From: Candidatus Heimdallarchaeota archaeon
Lineage (GTDB): Archaea; Asgardarchaeota; Heimdallarchaeia; Heimdallarchaeales; Heimdallarchaeaceae
Length of the DNA stretch: 64,000 nucleotides
Direction of reading: 5' to 3'
Assembly: GCA_030603365.1 (NCBI GenBank)
Contig: JAUVXV010000004.1
Location: 1 to 64,000 of the forward strand
Part shown: positions 59,188 to 64,000 of the stretch, piece by piece
How the letters are laid out: each line of letters begins with the position of its first letter
Numbering within the stretch: the first letter of the stretch is position 1
Notes under the pieces: model-generated
What the model saw: the letters and a program-made list of their open reading frames with translations, nothing else
Database searches by the model: none
Told to the model about the DNA's origin: nothing
Position numbers and translations under genes: made by a program

Positions 59188-59220
59188 TGGACTGGATTTC
59201 AACTCTCCGACTCCGCTCCA
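59188..59220 (+). repeat. 3' end of tRNA-Cys (att-like copy 2, more decayed)
   Basis: 29/33 identical to copy 1; ends TCTCCGACTCCGCTCCA. Confidence 0.85.
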
Positions 59221-59248
59221 AATTGTTTCTAACGTTTTTAAACTACTT

Positions 59249-59983
59249 TTAATGACTCTTCGTTTTCCTTTTTTTACGATAATTAATCCCATTAACTATT
59301 GAAATAATAATGCTAATAAACAGCAATATGGGAATTCCAATAATTGGTATTAAACATACATAAGAATAACAGATAATCTGGTTAGCAGATAATATGAATA
59401 ACACAACTAGAATAATATCAATAATGCCAAGAATTGTTTGATTAGTCGTATGTGAATCCTTGCTTCTTCTCTTCTCTGTGATTACATTCCTAATTTTCCA
59501 TCTCTCAGATATTTTCTTGAAACATTCAATTATTTCTCTCTTTTCAAATCCTATAAAATGATAAAAATCAAAATCTACATCCTTATCTAGTTGAGTGAGT
59601 ATTTTCCCTATTTCTCCTCCCCAAGAAACTATTTCACCTTCTCTGCTTTCAGGATGAATATTACTATATGCTACAATAACTTCTTGACCTTCAGATTCTT
59701 TTTCTTCATTTTTTTTCTTAAAATATGCTTCAACTACAGTAATTTCTGATACTAAACCTTTTTTATCTTCAGGTATCTTTTCAGAAATTTCTGCACTCCA
59801 TCCATCAATCTTATCTCCCCATCTTGGTTGTTGATATAGTTCTTCTTCGAAAGGTTCTAACTTTATGTTTAAGCATTTCTCAATGAGTTTGTTATTAATC
59901 TCACGAGACTTTATTATAAAAGGTAATATTTCATCATATTTTTCTCCTGTCACATAAAAGGTAAACATAGCTTTCTTTTGCAT
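59249..59983 (-). CDS. Hypothetical protein with two C-terminal TM helices
   Basis: Hydropathy pattern, basic tail. Confidence 0.65.
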   Translation of the reverse strand: MQKKAMFTFYVTGEKYDEILPFIIKSREINNKLIEKCLNIKLEPFEEELYQQPRWGDKIDGWSAEISEKIPEDKKGLVSEITVVEAYFKKKNEEKESEGQEVIVAYSNIHPESREGEIVSWGGEIGKILTQLDKDVDFDFYHFIGFEKREIIECFKKISERWKIRNVITEKRRSKDSHTTNQTILGIIDIILVVLFILSANQIICYSYVCLIPIIGIPILLFISIIISIVNGINYRKKRKTKSH

Positions 59984-60106
59984 CTTCTAATACAAAGTAA
60001 TTAAAATTTAAAATATTACCTATTTCTGTTATGTATATTCTTTGGGTATTATGCTATTTTAAATGTGAATTTACGATAAAAATCACTCGGAAACCAAATC
60101 ATATCG

Positions 60107-60400
60107 GTGAATCTTATGGTCTATGATGTAATCAACAAGATTTGTAAAACTGCAAAGATGAATCATGAACCGTTTTATAATTCTGTAGAGATAAAGGGAG
60201 ATCTAATATTGCTATTCAGAGATAAATTGGTAAAAGAAACTGAAACAAAGAAATCTATGATGTATGAGAAATACATAGAATGGAAGGAAATAAAGAACAA
60301 TGAAATGATTGATGAAATTGATGGAGTAATAGCAAGGTTGAGAGATTATTACAAAGAGAAATTGATAATATTCTATAAAACCGCTGAAATCAGAGCATAG
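60107..60400 (+). CDS. Hypothetical protein
   Basis: ORF fills an intergenic gap with genome-typical composition. Confidence 0.5.
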   Translation: MNLMVYDVINKICKTAKMNHEPFYNSVEIKGDLILLFRDKLVKETETKKSMMYEKYIEWKEIKNNEMIDEIDGVIARLRDYYKEKLIIFYKTAEIRA

Positions 60401-60510
60401 CCCCTTCTAATTCTAAACAACAGTCTATATTTCTTCCTCATTTTTACTCTACGTTTACGCTTTCGAAACATATATCAATCTTGTTTCTTCTTTTTCTTTG
60501 GGTACTCGAA

Positions 60511-61395
60511 ATGCCATTAAAAGTTTTCATTGGAGGTTTACTCGAATATAATTCAGGAAAAACAACTTTTGCAAAAGATATGCTTGAAGTATTTGAACAA
60601 GATAAATCAATGAAAACAGTTCCGTTTAAGCCATTGAGCGGTAATAATCTATATTATCATTATGACCAAATAAAAGAGCATGTAGAGAAATATGGAAATT
60701 TTGTTTCTCTTGATATCGTTGATTTAATGGAATTTTCAAGTGTTGATATTCCCATGGTTTTGGCAAATCCAGTGCATAGAGTAAATACACAGGCCCTCCC
60801 TTATCCATTTTATAAAGAGGGTTCACTTAATACTTTCTTTTCGAAATATTCCTCAAGTGTTTCCTTGTTCCAGAGACTCACAAAACATGAGAAAGAATCA
60901 GAATTTACTTCTGTGTTCATTGTGAATGAACCGATTTACAATAATCCCAAATGCTGGAACGATGTCTCTCTTTCTGATCCAATCTTGAAACAAGCAAAAG
61001 ATTTGAAACATTATAAAAATGAGCACGAATATTATACGATGAACAGTAAATTCTATGCAGATGCAACAGAAAGTTCTTTTAACTATATTAAGAACCACGC
61101 CGAAGTTATAATAACTGAAAGCTTTAACAATTCAGCTCATCCCGCTTGGTGTATTAGAGAATCAGATGTGGTTATAATCGTTGGTCCAGGATCATTCTTC
61201 TTATTTGAACCAGATGCATATTTCCGTGCCATTGATAATTCCAGAGCAATTAATCGAAGCAAACCTACAACAACAGTTGAGATTCTTAAACTTGCAACTC
61301 CAGCTGCTGCATGCTCTTTATCTCTTAATTCTGATAAAAGAAAGGAAGAAATAAGAGAATTAGTAGAAAAACTCTCTAAAGAAATCAAGGAGTAG
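60511..61395 (+). CDS. Archaeal P-loop NTPase (COG4028-like); start revised to MPLKV
   Basis: GGLLEYNSGKTT, PFKPLSGNN, IITESFNN. Confidence 0.75.
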   Translation: MPLKVFIGGLLEYNSGKTTFAKDMLEVFEQDKSMKTVPFKPLSGNNLYYHYDQIKEHVEKYGNFVSLDIVDLMEFSSVDIPMVLANPVHRVNTQALPYPFYKEGSLNTFFSKYSSSVSLFQRLTKHEKESEFTSVFIVNEPIYNNPKCWNDVSLSDPILKQAKDLKHYKNEHEYYTMNSKFYADATESSFNYIKNHAEVIITESFNNSAHPAWCIRESDVVIIVGPGSFFLFEPDAYFRAIDNSRAINRSKPTTTVEILKLATPAAACSLSLNSDKRKEEIRELVEKLSKEIKE

Positions 61396-61476
61396 ATTAT
61401 CTTTTACATTTCTTGCGTGATTTTTTTGTTGTGTTTTTAATATAGAGTATAATTCAATTATTGATTGGTGATTTAA

Positions 61477-61881
61477 TTGTCTATTTACAGTTCACAATAT
61501 GGATTGGAATCAATAAATGCTGAATTAATGGAATGTATAAATGAATTACGATTTAGATCCATAGGTATTGTGGATGTAGCAGTTGTGTCTCTTGAAGGTC
61601 TTCCTTTAGTATCTTTAGTTCTAGAAAGGATAGAAGAAACCAGATTTGCTGCAATGACTGCAGCAATGCTTTCACTTGGTGAGCGTGTATCTACAGAGTT
61701 GAATAAGGGTTTATTGAAGAAGATTTTTGTAGAAGGAGAACATGGATATATTGTTTCAATACAAGCAGGAGAAAATGCCGTTTTAACGGTCAGTGCTACA
61801 ACCGATACAAAATTAGGATTATTGTTTTTAGATATGCAACGAACTACTGAAAAAATAGCTAAAATCCTCTCTTATCATTAA
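61477..61881 (+). CDS. Roadblock/LC7 domain protein
   Basis: AVVSLEGLP..AAMTAAMLSLGER..VEGEHG..KLGLLFLD. Confidence 0.92.
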   Translation: MSIYSSQYGLESINAELMECINELRFRSIGIVDVAVVSLEGLPLVSLVLERIEETRFAAMTAAMLSLGERVSTELNKGLLKKIFVEGEHGYIVSIQAGENAVLTVSATTDTKLGLLFLDMQRTTEKIAKILSYH

Positions 61882-61900
61882 ATCAAATAAGATGAACTGT

Positions 61901-62503
61901 TCATTTCATTGTGGTAAGTGCTATTTGTTCTACTTTTATAAGTTCACAAGCTAGAATTTTTGTAGTTTTCTCAATCGTATCTTTCCTCAAATATAACTCT
62001 ACAACACTTCTATAGATGTCTGGTTCTTTTATTTCCTTAGATTTGATCTCTTTAACACTTTCTGCTACATGTTTTGTACGTTCAACAAATCTATGAATCT
62101 CTTCTTTTCTATCCAACAAAAACAGAGCTAAAGGGATTTTCGCTTTACCATCAGTCAAATAACTTTTCTTGAATTCTTCCATAACATCGTCCCTAGGAAC
62201 AACTATCAAGTCTATATTTTTACTAAGCTCACTTAGTTTTGCCAAAATTGGTAGATTCAACACAGTATCTGAACACCAGTTTTCTGCAAACACAAGTATT
62301 CTGATTTTAGCATTAATCCTAGTAATTTGGTCTTTAAGATCTTTAGGGATTTTTACGCTTGAATAAACCTTATCTAAACGTTCTCTGTTTTTAGGAGTTC
62401 TTTCGATAAATTTCTGATAAGAACATCCTTTGTTAATGAAATAATCGAGAGACATAATAATAAAAAATATACAATACGATAAAAAAGAGTTATTGATTGA
62501 CAA
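61901..62503 (-). CDS. Thioredoxin-like protein (WCxD type)
   Basis: AENWCSD, AKIP. Confidence 0.8.
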   Translation of the reverse strand: MSINNSFLSYCIFFIIMSLDYFINKGCSYQKFIERTPKNRERLDKVYSSVKIPKDLKDQITRINAKIRILVFAENWCSDTVLNLPILAKLSELSKNIDLIVVPRDDVMEEFKKSYLTDGKAKIPLALFLLDRKEEIHRFVERTKHVAESVKEIKSKEIKEPDIYRSVVELYLRKDTIEKTTKILACELIKVEQIALTTMK

Positions 62504-62551
62504 AATATTCCTTCATACGAAAAAGAGAAAAAGGACCAATTATAGATTATT

Positions 62552-64000
62552 ATGATAAACTTGGTAAAGGCAACTATGTATTCACTATCTGAAATTAGGA
62601 AAAAGATAGTGAAAACACAACAATTGTTGCAGAAATCACTAGAAGACGTAGGTAAAAAGAAAAGAGGTTCCTACTACACTCCTGATTTTATTGTTGAATA
62701 TATAGTGAAAAATTCTATATCACAAGTATTGGTTGATAAAATCAATTCTATTCAAACAAGAAAGAAATTCATAGATTTGAATGAATTAAAGAATAGTAAA
62801 GATCTCCAGATATTCAATCTCTTGTACAAACAAATTTTACCCAATATCTCAATCTGTGACATTGCAATGGGTTGGGGAGTATTTCTCTTACATGCTTTTG
62901 ATTTTCTATTTTCTCTATACTATTTTTCTCATTCTATTATCAAGCAAGACACTAGTAAAATCAACCAAGATGACTTAAAACAAGAAGTAAAATTCAAAAA
63001 CCATATTGTTAGTAGTATTATTTCGAATAATATCTATGGTACAGATTTATCCCCTTTGTCTGTCGATTTGGCTAAATTGAAGTTAATCGAAAAAGCATTG
63101 TTGTATCTAGAAAAAGAAGCTGCTGTTTTGCCTGATTTTAATTTGTATGTGGGAAACAGTTTAATTGGTCAAAATTTCGCTTCTGAAGGCATTAAAAACC
63201 TCTCTAATGCAGAATATGTACGGCATATAACTGATTTATTCTATTCTCATGATTCTAAATCTTTAGATGAATGGTTAAAGGAAGAATCATTGATTAATTG
63301 GGGAAGTTGTTTTAATCAGCTGAACAATAAAGGGGGATTTGACATCATTATTGGTAATCCTCCTTACATAAATGTGAAGAAATTAAACAAAATCGAGCGG
63401 AGTATCTATTCAAAATTATATCGGACATATAATCCAAATGGAGATATTTCTAACGTTTTCTGGGAACGAGGTTTGAACCTTTGCAAAGATGGTGGCAGCG
63501 TATCTTTTATCATTCCAAGATATTGGTTAGAGGGAAATGATAGTGATAAACTCCGCGAGTTTTTGTTGTCGAACTCTATAATCAAAGAGATAATTGATTT
63601 CCGAAGTAATAGGTCTCTTTTTCTTACAACAGAAAACAAGCTAGGTGTGGATACAGCTATAGTTTCTATTAGAAAGCATAAACACCAAGAGAATAAAATA
63701 AATGTACTCATATCTTTAGATAACACTACTATAAGATCAATAAACAAAAGCAGTTTTCAACAATTTGTTTTCAATCAGAGTTTATTATCCAAGAAAAGAT
63801 GGACATTTGAGAAAAGCCCCATAATTACCTTGATTGAAGAAAATGCGGACTATAATCTTGGAGACGATAAGAAACACAAAGAATTTACTGGGATCTGTAA
63901 CATAGGTAAAGGTTGCTCAACAGGAAATAACAGAATATTCAAACTTACACAAATATCAAGTAAAGTGTTTGAAGGTCATAATAAAATCAAAGTTGAGCTA
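62552..64000 (+). CDS. N6-adenine DNA methyltransferase / type IIG (Eco57I-like) RM protein, truncated by the window end
   Basis: Manual translation: GSYYTP, ICDIAMGWGVFL, IYGTDL, GNSL, GFDIIIGNPPY. Confidence 0.88.
   Translation, partial: MINLVKATMYSLSEIRKKIVKTQQLLQKSLEDVGKKKRGSYYTPDFIVEYIVKNSISQVLVDKINSIQTRKKFIDLNELKNSKDLQIFNLLYKQILPNISICDIAMGWGVFLLHAFDFLFSLYYFSHSIIKQDTSKINQDDLKQEVKFKNHIVSSIISNNIYGTDLSPLSVDLAKLKLIEKALLYLEKEAAVLPDFNLYVGNSLIGQNFASEGIKNLSNAEYVRHITDLFYSHDSKSLDEWLKEESLINWGSCFNQLNNKGGFDIIIGNPPYINVKKLNKIERSIYSKLYRTYNPNGDISNVFWERGLNLCKDGGSVSFIIPRYWLEGNDSDKLREFLLSNSIIKEIIDFRSNRSLFLTTENKLGVDTAIVSIRKHKHQENKINVLISLDNTTIRSINKSSFQQFVFNQSLLSKKRWTFEKSPIITLIEENADYNLGDDKKHKEFTGICNIGKGCSTGNNRIFKLTQISSKVFEGHNKIKVEL

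Noticed and set aside
63406-63747. 113-aa minus-strand ORF, and other short ORFs nested antisense in long genes
   Set aside because: Shadows of well-supported genes on the opposite strand.

Overview
Low-GC archaeal chromosomal segment. Its gene content (gelsolin-domain protein, Rab-like GTPase, two Roadblock proteins, Urm1-like protein, EF-2 paralogue, PolD, AglB) points to an Asgard archaeon, probably Heimdallarchaeia-like (inference). The window opens in the 3' half of a 23S rRNA gene interrupted by two ORF-less introns with bulge-helix-bulge (BHB) junctions, one between the A2450 and A2451 equivalents of the peptidyl-transferase centre. A probable replication-origin locus (about 11.5-16.7 kb) follows, with ORB elements in two intergenic regions, several other repeat families, four small Zn/HTH proteins and cdc6/orc1. 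The middle is mostly core informational genes (PolD DP1/DP2, topA, tgtA, EF-1a, ftsY, the S19e-L39e-L31e-eIF6-LX-pfdA cluster, tRNA-Ser, intron-containing tRNA-Arg). The 3' end (about 51.9-64 kb) is an accessory region around tRNA-Cys, with tandem ~1.1-1.3 kb units bounded by tRNA 3'-end copies, an orphan contractile-tail tube gene, an unannotated Flp-like pilin and a truncated DNA methyltransferase gene. Other leads are a probable -1 programmed frameshift fusing MoxR to a VWA protein, a 23-aa peptide ORF ahead of a helical-repeat protein, a candidate K-turn RNA and an apparent ATC start codon. All calls come from reading the sequence; no searches were run.
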